From Octopus vulgaris (taxonomy: Eukaryota): a stretch of 64,000 bases of DNA. Below the pieces are notes generated by a model, which was not told the DNA's origin, searched no databases, and was given only the letters and a program-made list of their open reading frames with translations. Every line of letters begins with the position of its first letter. The first letter of the stretch is position 1. The translations under genes and the position numbers were made by a program. Below are positions 51,169-64,000 of this stretch, one piece after another. The DNA lies in assembly GCA_951406725.2 (NCBI GenBank), contig OX597817.1, positions 136,214,001-136,278,000 on the forward strand, given 5' to 3'.

Positions 51169-54100
51169 GTGTATAAATATGCATATATACAGACATACAT
51201 AAATTGTATGTGTGTGTGTGTGTGTGTTAATATAGATGTATTTGGAGACCGTGAGAAGTGTGAGTACATGCATAATAAAAATTAAACAATTATTTGATAA
51301 ATGCTCGATGTAGTGAGACTGAAGAATTAGATTATGGTATTGAGTGCAGGTGAGAGGTAGGCAGACACTGGAAGAATATTAAGCAAAAAAAAGAGCAATA
51401 GTGTGTGAAGAAGAGGAGGTAATTTTGGTGTGCATCTGTAGAATCTGTACACATGTTTTATATAGAAAACAGATATAAACGCAGATTGGATTGATGTGCT
51501 AGGTAAAAACACAGTTAGAAATGGATAGTTGGCAAGAAAATGATAGAGAGGATGGGAGAAATCTTCCCAATCAATCAATCAATTTATTGATCAGTCTGTA
51601 TGAAATGTCACAATGATAATGGAAACAAGATCACAGAAAATAATAAAGATAGCGATAAAAGAGCATAGATGGACATTGAAAATGGTGAGGGAGGCAGAAG
51701 AAATTCTTATAAAAGAGGAAAAGAAAATTTTATATTTTTCTTTCATTGTAGAGAAATTGTAGGTATTGTTTCATTGAAGACAGCCATCTAATTTTATCTT
51801 GTAGCTGTGTCCGGCAGAAATATGCACATTTCGGTAGATAAACTGGCATATTCTAATCAGAGAAAGAAACAAGGAAGCTAAGCCAAAGAACATTGCTGCT
51901 ATTGATTTAAAGTACAAGACATTTTATTGATTTTGAGATTTTGTTTCTTTGATTGTGAAATCAAGAATTTATTTAGGAGAGGAGGGAGAAAGAAAATTGA
52001 AAAAAAAAAGAAGAAAAAATGAAATAAAAGAAACATATTTATTTACATATTTCTAAACGTCTGTTTATTAATGATGGGGTATGGTGGCGAGGTATTTCAT
52101 TATTTTCATGTCATGTTCAATCTAATTGTAGTTTTTCATTTGTGAAGGGGGAAGCATGAAGACTGCTTCCAGACATCATATTTTGGAAATAAAATAAAAT
52201 TAGTTGAAAACAGATTTTGGACAATCGCTTTAACTTTCTAAATAAATAAGAACATAAACAGAATCAAAACAAAGAAAAAGAATTTTCATGCAAGCTTTTA
52301 AGATCAAAATAATTGTGGTAACATTTGTTGTTATTGCTGGTTGTTTAATATATCAGGGGAAGGTCATTGTCCAGAACCAGTTGGTCCCTGTTGGATGAGA
52401 AAGGTGTGGGGAGACATGAAGCTAATTGATGAGCTTAAAGGGTATGTTGGATTATATTGTATTGAGGGTATAGGGTATTGTGATGAAACGCTGTACAGAA
52501 GGAATAACACAGTATGGTAACGGCTTTGGGATTGAAGGTCTTTCATAAAGAAATGGCTTATTAAAGGGTGTGTGGATGATGATGATGGTAGCAATCAGAA
52601 GAGAATTAGATGAGAGAAATATTTTGCAGATAGATAAGACATGCAGTGGGTTCAGATCTCAAATGCAGACCAAAATATTAGTCCTTACTTTCGAACAGAA
52701 CACTCATTCCTCTTACCATTGCACATTTTGAATTAAATGCTTGCAAAAGTCAATACTGCTGTTTATCATTTAAATAATCACTGGTAATGTATTGGTGGAG
52801 TTTATTCAACCAACATCACCCTCTGTGTGTCTTGTCCAAAAGGAACCAATAATCTATTTTATTTAGTCTGGGTTTGATAATTCTGCAAATTCAGACATTT
52901 TCATCAGTACTTAATTGAAGAACTGCTGGAAGTAAGTGATATTTATTAGCACCAGATTTTATAGAGAAGTTCTCCAGTGTAAGTAATGTCTGACCTTCAA
53001 GGGAGACGAAGAAACTTTCTATTCAAGGATGATGTGTTTATTGCCTTTCTCTTGGGGAACCACTTCTCTATTATGAAGGAGAATCAGGCAGAAATCATCC
53101 CTTAATTGGACAGTGATGTTACATCACATACAACAAAAGAAAGCAACAGTTTGAAGGCGACAGTGAGTTCGAGAATCTTGGGATAGAAGGGAAGTTTAGG
53201 GAAGAGGCATTAATGTTTGTGAAGGGGTGCTGGAAGAATACAGAAAGCCATTACTGACTGAGAGATGGTATTACCCATCTGCTCTCTTATAAAGAAAAGG
53301 AACAAAATCTAATTCTTAAGGGATAAATATCAATTAAAGAAAACGATTTTAGAAGTTTGTATTTATTTAAGCAAAAGCCAGGCAACTCACAAATATTTTG
53401 GTGGAAACAAAATTTTGAGTAGTTGAAAGGTAGTTTGTAAATAAGGAATGCTATCTCAACTGGGTACATTCATGATAAGGATCATCTTTGTAAAATGTCC
53501 TCTTTGCTTGTGTTGGTAGCAGCATGTTGCCAAGAACATTTAGACTAAATAATAACAGACCATTAGCCAACGCCACTAATCTGATACTACCAAACTGTAC
53601 ACAAGCAAACACGCACACATACACACACAGAGACACACACAGGTTTCCAGTGAAAAGCAAATACTTAAATACTCAAATACTAAATTAATAAAAGATATTT
53701 ACATTAAGAAAGAAAAACTTATTAAGGAGGAAGAAATGAATGTATATGTGTATATGTATACAGATAGCTAAATATAAACACATACACACACTTTCTATGG
53801 AAGCTTATATTTCTACATACATATAAGCACATTTATGCGTGTACCCCCCCCCCCCCACATATATACATACATGCTCCTCTATGTCTATGTTGCACATGCC
53901 TGTATAGTGTGTATAAAGTTCATGCATAGTTAAAAAGAGAAAGATACACAGAAATACATGTATAACACACACACACACACATGCATCACATGCGTACACA
54001 CATACATGCATCACACTACACACACATACATACAAATACATGCAGATATTATTCATGCTACCATCTGAATGGTCATGTAAGCATGAAACTTAAGTAACCG

Positions 54101-54674
54101 TACACGTCTCCAGCTGAATAAATATAACTATACTCCAGACAATGTATTGAGTACTTTGTACTCTTGTGTAGTAACAGCAATGATTGCACACACACACACA
54201 CACACACACATGTAGGAGTATGTATGATTATGAATATGATAGCTAAAGTCCAAGGAATGGTCAGTGTGTTGATGGAAAAGGGTTAACTGTAAAGCTGGTT
54301 CTTCATTACAGCAGTGTAAGGGATGGAACAAAGCTTGTTGTTTTGCTGTTTCTGTGGATCTCACTATCAAAGTTGGTTGGTTACTGCAAACATACAGTGA
54401 CCAAGGCAACCACCACCACCACCACCATCACCACCACCACCACCACCGCTGCTACAACCATCGTCATCGCCGTCATGTATGCGAGGAGTTAGTAGTAGTG
54501 CTGCTGAGTCACTGTTTACACTAGCGCTGGCACACAAACTACAGCAAATGGGGCTATTTGTAAACAATGAGTCATGCCAAGCACATTGAACAAAAGACAC
54601 CTTGAGCAACAACAACAGTAAACAACAAATTCTGCATCAATACTAATGCTATCATGAATAATAATAATAATAAC

Positions 54675-54712
<38 letters not shown>

Positions 54713-55121
54713 TAATAATAATGATAATAATAAATAAGTAAATAAATAATGACAACAAAAAGCAGAACAGCAGCAGTAATGGCAGAAAGAGTAAAACAAC
54801 AACAACAACTGCTGGGAAAACAAAACTGAATGTGGAAAAGCAGGAAGAAGGAAAAACATCAAAAAAAAAAAAAAAAGAAATGAGTAATAAATAAATAAAA
54901 ACAACAGCACAAAAAATGAAATCATCATCATCATCATCGTGTCTTTCATAATCATCATCATCATCACCATAACTATCACTACACTATTATCGTCATCACC
55001 ATCATCATCACAACACTGTCATCACCATCATCCTCATCACCATCATCACCGCCACCGCCGCCACCCCTACTATTGCCATCATGACCACCACTACATCATT
55101 GTCTTGTTGTTTGCCCAGTAG

Positions 55122-55332
55122 ATTCAATGCTGCAATTCCAGCTGAAGACTAAAAGACTTCGGTTGGAACCGACTCAAGATTCAGAAGAGAACTTGAGCAC
55201 AAAGACTGTGCCTCATTGGGTTGCATTGTGCCTTGGACAAGTTTACCTCGGACTGGAGAAGGATTTTATACAGAAAGCAATTGCTCCATTGGAACAATTG
55301 CTACAACATCATTGTCATCACCATCATCACGG

Positions 55333-55365
<33 letters not shown>

Positions 55366-55435
55366 TCACCAGTACTACCACAACCATAACCACTGCTGTC
55401 ATCGTCATTACCATCATCATCATCAGCAAAAATAA
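55122..55435 (+). CDS. Candidate terminal exon (QFQLKTKRLRLEPTQDSEE...LEQLLQ plus poly-His); strand ambiguous
   Basis: About 190 nt of complex sequence among microsatellites, acceptor-like tttgcccagtag. The minus strand also gives an acceptor and an open frame to a stop (55252-55149). Confidence 0.3.
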
Positions 55436-55875
55436 CAACAATTAAAACAATAATTACATCAAACAACAACAACAACGACAATAATAATAAAGAAAGCAAT
55501 ATTAAGAACAACAATGACTCGGTAGGGCGGAGTGGTGGTGGGAGGAGTGAGAGGACAACAAAAACATGAAAAATTAAAGACAATATCAGCAACAACAACA
55601 ACAATTCAGAACAAAAAATCCAGAACTGTTTAAATTTATACAAAACAATCTCAGCTCAACCTCCTTCCACACCTCACATATAATTCCTCCTCCTCCTCCT
55701 GTCACCAATCTCTCTGTCTCTCTCCCTCTCTCACACACACACAACAATCTCCATTAAAGCTAGGGTCTGCAAAAGTGTATGGTTAGGGGATGTGTGTGTG
55801 CATAGGGGGGGATTTCACTTGGGTACAAGAGTCGATGCTGTGTGTGTGTGTGTGTGTGTGTATACATGTGCATGC

Positions 55876-55928
<53 letters not shown>

Positions 55929-58027
55929 ATGGACAAATATGGCGATGTTTTGTGTCTAAACAACAGCAGGAAAGTTGGGCAAAAGCAAAACAAACATTTG
56001 TGTCTTCATCAGTCCACCACCACCACCAACCCCACCCCATTATCCACCCTAGTTTTGTTTGGTTTCTACACTTTGTTTTCTTTTGGTGCAGAGGTGGTGT
56101 GGATGGGTGGGTGGGGGTGGGTGGGGAGTAGGTTTTGTTTGTTTGTTTTTTTTTTGTTCTTCTTTTTGGCTAACATGGCAGCTTGAACTAAAGACAACAG
56201 AAGACTTGACAGGGGTGGTGGTGGTGGTGGTGGGGACAGAACACTGGGGGAATTGTGACATAGGAAGTAACGATGATGATGATGATGATGATGATATTAA
56301 TGATAATAACTGTACAGATGATCATATGATGCTGTTGCTGATGATGGTGGTGATGTTCATATATATGATTGTATGTTGATGATGATGATAACAACTGAAA
56401 CAACAAAAGCAAAGAAAAAAAAAGAATGTGGACTTCATCTTAACACTCACTTTTTAAGGACCCACCCCACCCCGTATAGTAAATATAACATACACATAGG
56501 TTGCTATGTGTACACACATACATACACACACACAGGTGAAATAAACATCAGAGATACTTAGCCCCATGCAGAAACTGCAGGAGCTACTCAGAGGTTTTGC
56601 AAACTCTTCTAAATTCATTGCAATGCTGGAAATCCTTCCATATTGATAGCAGCTATCTCAGTGTTACAAGCGTTTTGCCCTTTAGCCTGTATGCTTCACC
56701 TGAGTGGGGCATTGAGGACGACTGAGCTAGCCTTCACCTACAGACCATTTCAACTCACCATCTCTAATCAACAATAGCCATCTTGAGCTGTCATGTCTAT
56801 TTCCTTCATGCCTTTCTTCAGTTGTCCAGCTTCTAGGAATATCTTCTGCAGGAAATAACACCATGATCTACATGGAAAACCATGGCAACCAACTTCAATT
56901 GGGAATATATAACATAAATGTCAATTTCAATGTCTAAATTTCCAGATCCTTCGATCAACTGGATGGTCCTTTGTTACTGAACAAAGAGCTAATTGGTTGA
57001 GGACTCCGAAGACCCATGGACCTCTTAATGTAATTCTCAAACAGAACCAACGCAACGCTGACAAACTACAGTCCATAGGATGGCTTGCTACACAGTTTCT
57101 ATTTATCCAAACTCGTAGACAAAGCTTGGGCCAACCTGAGCTTATGATAAAGGTAATTACCCAAGATGTAATGCAGTGAGATTGAACCTGGGATCTCATG
57201 ATTGCAAAGGGAACTTCTTAAACATTCAGCCATGTTTGCATTCATATCCTCATCACTGTTATCGTCATTGTTGTCATAATATTAACTTCCGTCTCCCAAG
57301 CTCGCATACATACGTCAGATAAAACTTGTTGAGGCAGATTTTTCTACAATCTATTGACAAATATACAAGTGACTGTTCTTTCTCACTTATACACAACTAC
57401 ATATGTATTGCATGAATGTAATGTAATGTATTTTATTTAAATTGAGTCAGTCCCTTCTGACTCAAAATTTTGTCTGCTGGTGCACATAACCTTCAAGCAA
57501 GTTATGACTTGCCTTAACATCCTGTGTAGCCACAGATGAGACTCAGAGTAACAAGAGACTGTAATGAACAAAATAAAATATACCAATCATCTCTATAGTA
57601 TTGAGTACTCATTTTTCCAAGAGTTAACATTTAATACATGCATTGGGCCTCATGGAAGAAGACCTGTCAAGCCAAGCAAAATTGCAGTTGTGGAAGATAC
57701 CTGTGTCATGTAAATTGGCACCTGTGACATGTAAATGCACCCCGGTGTCATGCAAATGGCACCTGTGCTGGTGGCATGTAAAAACACCCATTATGCTCTT
57801 GGAGTGGTTGGTGCTAGAAAGGGTATTAAGCCATAGAAAATCATGTCAAATCAGACAGGAGTGTGGTGCAGCCTTCCAGTGTGCCAGCCTGGTCAAACCA
57901 TCCTACCCATGCGTGCATGGACAACAGACATTAAATGATGATCACACACACAAGGGAAAATAAAAACTGCCTGCACTTTCGTCGAAACATTTTTATTTGG
58001 CTGGACTGCTTTCGGCACATGTATGCT

Positions 58028-59118
58028 ACATGGTGGTTGTATAAGTAAGATTTGCCTTTGATCATTCCAGTTTCCTTTCACACTAAACAGAGTAAACATG
58101 GCCACTCTGTTGGCCATGTGCCCCAAGGAAGAACAGAGACCAGTGATCTGATTTCTCTGGTCTGAAAGTGTGTCAGGGGTCAGGGTCTGTAATTCATCGA
58201 ATACTTTCGGTAAATATGAGGACAATGCTCTACCATGCAGAAATGGGTATGAATGGATTGAGAGCTTTAAAAATGGCTGGATAAATGTGAAGCAAGAAGA
58301 GGAAACAGGACACCGATCAACTGCCTACAAGGTCTAGAGATGATTCTGGCAAAGTGACAAGTGACAATTGATGAGATAGCATATTCTCTGCAAATTAGTA
58401 ATGGCTCTGCATATGAAATCATCAATGACAGGCTTTGCTTCTGTAAAGTCTGAGAGAGCTTACCGAAGCGCAAAAGTGCAACTGTGCAGAGATCTCAGTG
58501 CTTACTCAACCACTACAATGATGAAGGCAAAGCTTTTTAGGATAGAATAATCACAGGAGATGACATCTGGGTCCATCATTTTGAGACAGAATCCAAAAGA
58601 AAAACCATGTGGTAGAAATACCCTGAATCACCAACGAAAAAGAAATTTAAAACTCAACCCTCTTCAGAAAAAGTGATACTAAGTAATCTTTTGGGATGCA
58701 AAAGGGCCCAAACAGGAACTTTAATTGAAAAAAAGGTCTAGCAACTCGTACCAAAAGCCAAGGTCTTATTGTCAAAGCAAGTGTTATTTTTGCACAACAA
58801 TGCACACCCACAAATGGCTACCCACACCATTGAAACCATTGAAAAATTGGGTTTGGAATTGCTGGAACACTCTGCATACAGATAAGATCTTGTCTCTGCC
58901 AACTTTCACTTCTTTGGGCAGCTCAGGAAGCAGTGCATAAATGGCTGCACCACCAGTCAAAAAACTTCTTTTCTGATGGAATGAGCAGGGTAGTGTACCA
59001 CTGGAAGAAGTTCATCAAAAAACAATGATAAACAATGTAATTGTTCAGCTCCAGTTTTTATATTAATAAATCACAGAAACAAGAGTGTGTGTACTTTTTA
59101 AAAATTTACACTTGTATA
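58028..59118 (+). mobile_element. Decayed mariner transposon (irritans-like)
   Basis: MATLLAMCPKEEQRPVI*FLWSE, RIITGDDIWVHHFETESKRKTM, KKKFKTQPSSEKV, FLHNNAHP and DLVSANFHFFG. Confidence 0.82.
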
Positions 59119-59774
59119 TATATATATAAATCAAAACCAAATCAAATCAAATCACAATCAAATGGAAATTGTAGTTGTGGTTGATGCCAGTGCCGCCTGA
59201 CTGGCTCCCATGCTGGTGGCATGCAATAAGCACCATGCATGCGGGGTCATTGCCAGTGCTGCCTGACTGGGTCACTGTGCCAGTGGCACATTAAAAGCAC
59301 CATCCGAATGTAGTCGATGCCAGCATCCCCACCCCGACTGGCTCCTGTGTCAGTAGCATGTAAAAAGCACCATGATAAACATCATCATCGTTTTACATAC
59401 TTGCATAGGTCAGATGCATTCATTGAGGGAGATATTTTACATATCCTTATGGCCAGACATGTTTCACAGAAGTTTGGAAATGAATGACACCCTGCTTAAG
59501 ACAGTGACAATCGTTTACAACTATCACATGGTACAAAGGCAAAGAGGCACTGATATACACATACACACACACGAAACATACACATATATCGGTGGCACAT
59601 AAAAAGCACCCACGACACTCACTGAGTGGTTGGCGTTAGGAAGGGCATCCAGCTGTAGAAACACTTCCAGATCAGACTGGAGCCTGGTGCAGCCTCCTGG
59701 CTTCTCAGCCCCCGGTCAAACCATCGAACCCATTCCAGCATGGAAAACGGACGTTAAATGATGATGATGATGAT

Positions 59775-59846
<72 letters not shown>

Positions 59847-60004
59847 CATACATACATATATGTACACACACAACACACAAGTTTCTTTCAGTTTCTTTGG
59901 TAGAAGACACTTGCCCAAGGTACCATGTAGTGGGACTCAAATCGGAACCATGTGATTAGGAAGCAGACTTCTAAACCATACCACCATGCTTGCTTGCCTT
60001 ACTT

Positions 60005-60037
<33 letters not shown>

Positions 60038-60794
60038 AAATCCTTATTTGCTCTGTGTATTGTGAGATCTGGAGTGGTTATTCACATTTGTATTCTTAAT
60101 GCTTCTAGGCAGGTTCAAACACAAAACATGCGTGTTGTTGTAGTGTACGTCATAAGAGAATAACTACACTCTTTTGCGATGACAGTCTGTTCAACATACT
60201 TGACTCATTGGTGCATGGGATTCTGGGATATTAGTGTTACAGCATGTGAGAAAATGTAATCAATATTTATGCTTTATATAATGTACACGTGTTTCAGGAA
60301 ACCAGCAAAACACCAATTACATGAGCTTAAATGCCCAGTTACGTGGAAAATGCAGCTGGCCGTCCTCCTCAGTATTATTAGCCTAGCTCTCTGTTGGTTC
60401 TGATCAATGAAACAGCCAGCTTGTGAAATTAAGATGCAAGTGGCTGAGCACTCCGCAGCACATGTGCCCTTAACATAGCTCTCAGGGAGATTCAGCAGAA
60501 CACATTGAATTTGACAAGACTGGCCCATTGAACTACATGGACAACTTGCTAGAAATGGGTGGGAGGAGTAGGGGCTTACATAGGGGCACATCCATACACA
60601 CACACACACACACACACACAAATATATTCTTTTCTATTCTAGGCACAAGGCCCAAAATTTTTGCGGAGGGGGCCAGTCGATTAGATTGACCCAGGTATGA
60701 AAGGCAAAATCAACCTTGGCAGCATTTCGCCCAATGTCCTAATGATTCTGCCAGCTCGCTGCCTTACATACATTAATATATGCTCTCATATGTA

Positions 60795-62800
60795 TAGTTG
60801 ACATCAATATGAGAAAGCAGTTAAGGATATGAAAACAAGGAAGTCCCTTGATCCATCAGACATGACCACTGGGATGCTTAAAATATCTGGCAGAGTGGAA
60901 TATGGCTTTGACACCCATATGGTTAATCAGATCATGCAAAAAGGTATCATACCCAATGAATGGCGTAGCAACATTAAAGATAACTTTTACAAGGATAAAG
61001 AAACCTTAGAGTGAAGTAATTACAGTGATATCAATTTGGCAAGTAAAGTGTGATCACAGCTGTAGCCTACACCAGTGTAGCATAACCAGCCCCTTTAAAA
61101 TGTGCCTTTGAATTGTCAGGTGACATGCCATGCTTGAGGAGACCTATTGAGTCAAGTAAAATCAAAATCAATAATCAAATCACAATCAAAAAGAAATTGT
61201 AGTTGTCGCCGATGCCAGTGCTGGTGGCATGCAATAAGCACCATTCATGCATGGGTCGTTGCCAGTGCCACCTGACTGGCTCCCCGCGCCGGTGGTTGAT
61301 GACCCCCCCCCCCCACTGCCCTGACTGGTTCCTATGCCAGTAGCATGTAAAAAGCACCATCCAAATGTGGCCGATGCCAGTGCTGCCTGACCGGCCTTCG
61401 TGCTGGTGGCACGTAAAAAGCACCCACTACACTCTTGGAGTGGTTGGCATTAGGAAGGGCATCAAGCTGTAGAAACATTGCCACATCAGATTGGAGCCTG
61501 GTGCTGCCTCCTGGCTTGCCAGTCCCCAGCAAAACCGTCCAACCCATGCCAGCATGGAAAACAGACATTAAACGATGATGATGATGTTATAGTTTGACAA
61601 ATTAGAGAAAGAGTTATATAAAATGCAGTTTGGTTTAGTGCCAGGGAGAGGTTCTACAAATACTTTTTTTCTAGTAAGGCAACTATAAGAGAAACATTTA
61701 GCCAAATGTGCTGATGTTCTTGGAGACAGTTTTGACAGGGTCTGTTGCACCCTCATCTGATGTTTGCTATGGAAGTTAGGAGTGGATAAATGGGTGGTTG
61801 GAGCCAGCCAAGTCAGTAAGGTAAGAGTTAGCAATAGCATAGCAACAGCTTTAGTGTGCAGGAAGGAATTCATCAGGATTTGGTTCTCAATCTCTTGAGA
61901 GTTTATCAGAGTCCCCTAGGACAGTGGTTCCTAAAGTGGGTGGTTTCACCCTCTTGGGGGCAGTGAAAAGAATAATTTTTTTCTCCTACTCTAGGCACAA
62001 GGCCCGATAATTTTGGAGAGGGGGGGCAGTCAATTAGATCAACCCCAGTATGCAACTGGTACTTAATTTGTTGACCCTGGCGGAATTTGAACTCAGATGA
62101 AATACTGCTAAGCATTTTGCCCAGTGTGCTAACGTTTCTGCCAGCTTGCTGCCTTAAGAATAATGGGACGATAATGGGGTAGCCAAAAGGGGGCAATGGA
62201 TGTAAAAATAACCCCGAAGTAATGGGTTAATTAGGTTAAGTTTTATTTGTGAAATAGTTGTTTTGAATTTGCTGCAGAAAGTGGTCTATGCTTGTGGTGA
62301 TGAGTGGTGGTGGTGGGTGCTAGGAATGTGGACTGGGGGTTAAGGGGGCAGCAGCCTGAAAATGTTTGGAAACTACTGCTCAAGGCCATATCAAAGGAGT
62401 TGACTGTGAGAGCTTCCCAGTATGGATAACCTTGTTCTTATAGCTGAATTTGTATTGGAATTAGAAATGAAACTCCAAATGTGGAAGCAAAACCTGAAAT
62501 CCAAGGGCCTTGAAATTAACTTAGCAGAGATCAAAATTCCAGTAAGCAGGGAAACAAACAACTAATTCCTTCAGGAAAATGGCCCTGCTTGATATATAGA
62601 AATGGCTGTTGGCTGAAATTCCACAGAGTGTAGCAAGTGCAGACTATGGCCTCAACAGTGGAATCACAGGAAACTTAACAAAGTAGATTTTATATATGGC
62701 AGATGCACAGGTGCAATAAACAGTAAGAGCACACAGGAAATAGAGATTTTCTTGAACACCCAGGAGGATCTTCAGATGCAGCAGATAGTTACAGGGAAAT
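60795..62800 (+). mobile_element. Decayed RTE LINE reverse transcriptase region interrupted by S2, a hAT-like MITE and S3
   Basis: KAVKDMKTRKS..PSDMTTGMLK, IIPNEW, MQFGLVPGRGSTNTFFLVRQL*EKHLAK, EGIHQDLVL and WKQNLKSKGLEINLAEIK. Confidence 0.8.
61922..62378. mobile_element. hAT-like MITE carrying a nested S3 SINE
   Basis: Termini cagtggttcctaaa / tttggaaactactg; the 8-bp TSD is only partly conserved. Confidence 0.55.
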
Positions 62801-63737
62801 GAACACACTATCACCAGATGTAAAGCAGTGGTGGGGAACAAACACACACATACAGTGGGCTTCTTTCAGTTTCCATCTACCAAAGTGACACGCAAGGCTT
62901 GGTCGGCTCAAAACTATAGTAGAAGACACTAGTCCAAGGTTCCATACAGCGTGACTGAACCTGGAACCATGTGGTTGGGAAGCAAGCTTCTTACCATACA
63001 GTAAAGCCTGCGCTTAATATATATGTGCGTGTGTGTGTGTGTGTGTAGACGTATATGTGTGTTTGAGAAAGGGGGAGAGAAAAACACAAATCTACATTTC
63101 TCTATTAGTTATATTTGTTATAACATCCTGGTGAAGGTGCCAACTATTAGGGATTAAATAAACATACACACACACACACATTAAGTCTTACACTATTTCC
63201 TGTAACAAAAGTTTAAAACTGAAAGCAGTGTCTATGCTAGGATCTACAGAAAGTGAACTTAATACAGTTTTAATACAGCCTTTTTAATAGTTCTCCTCCC
63301 ATCACCACCAAATGAAGTTTTAACAAATAAAATAACGAAGCAGAAGAAAATGTGTCTTGACACTTAACAGGAACATTTTTCTTCTACAGCGAAATAATCT
63401 CCTTTAAAAATGAATTTCATCTTTTTTAAGTTTACAAAAGCCATTAGATCCAAATCCATATCCATGCTTTAACTTCTAGCCTGAGGTATACTCAACCTTT
63501 CAGTAAGGTACTGACATGCACTTGCAGTGATATTTTCTTTTGTATAGAATAAACAAACCAAAAAAATAAATAAATACAAGTAAAATCTCTCATCTCCCAT
63601 CCACACCCATTTCTCTCTCTCTCTCTCTCTCGTTATACATAATTGGTTGTTAAATATCAAATTACTATATTTATACTCCATGTAAAATATACAGAGAAAT
63701 AGTTTATTATCTTTAGAGAAAACAGCAATGTCTGTAC

Positions 63738-63827
63738 TTGAAGTTCAATATCTGGTGTGTGGATTTTATGCGGTTTGAAGTCAAAAGACTTGGGATCAAA
63801 CAGAGAAATGAGATGACTAACATTGAT
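63738..63827 (-). CDS. Candidate 90-nt internal exon (INVSHLISLFDPKSFDFKPHKIHTPDIELQ)
   Basis: Acceptor ttttctttctaacgttttaag, 30 open codons, weak donor CAA|gtacag. Confidence 0.3.
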
Positions 63828-64000
63828 CTTAAAACGTTAGAAAGAAAATTATAATGTGAGTTCCAGCTCGTGGCCAATGACAGTACCGCCTGATTGGCAC
63901 CCGTGCCAGTGGAATGTTAAAAGTACCATTCGAGTGTGATTGTTGCCAGGGTTGCTGACTGGCTCCCGTGCTGGTGACACTTAAAAGAAGCACCATTTGA

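Noticed and set aside
53451-53595. Minus-strand ORF FGSIRLVALANGLLLF... after an acceptor-like site
   Set aside because: No homology recognised; compatible with chance in UTR-like sequence.

Overview
AT-rich, repeat-dominated eukaryotic genomic DNA. The SINE families, (TA)n/(CA)n/(ATT)n/(GAT)n microsatellite load and sparse exons suggest an octopus (coleoid cephalopod) genome; this is inferred from recalled repeat sequences. One host exon is confidently recognisable: a SAMTOR/BMT2 coding exon on the minus strand at 43759-44098. A few weaker candidate exons lie on both strands. The rest is decayed transposons (mariner DD34D x2, maT/DD37D-like, Tc1, CR1-like, RTE and R4/Dong-like LINEs, several MITEs), many SINEs, and a dense set of Penelope-like element (PLE) remnants with small hammerhead-ribozyme (HHR) elements. 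Most striking is a near-pristine, ORF-less 360-bp unit at 38288-39381, inserted in (TA)n as one inverted plus about 2.1 tandem copies. Each full or inverted copy carries a type I HHR fold with a non-canonical CCGACGA core, so it looks like a young retrozyme/circRNA-type element. A second family joins a tRNA-like Pol III head, an (AAT)n tract and a minimal HHR in fold-back insertions with target-site duplications, and one copy is still attached to a Penelope GIY-YIG C-terminus. All folds and translations were done by eye; nothing was computed or searched.
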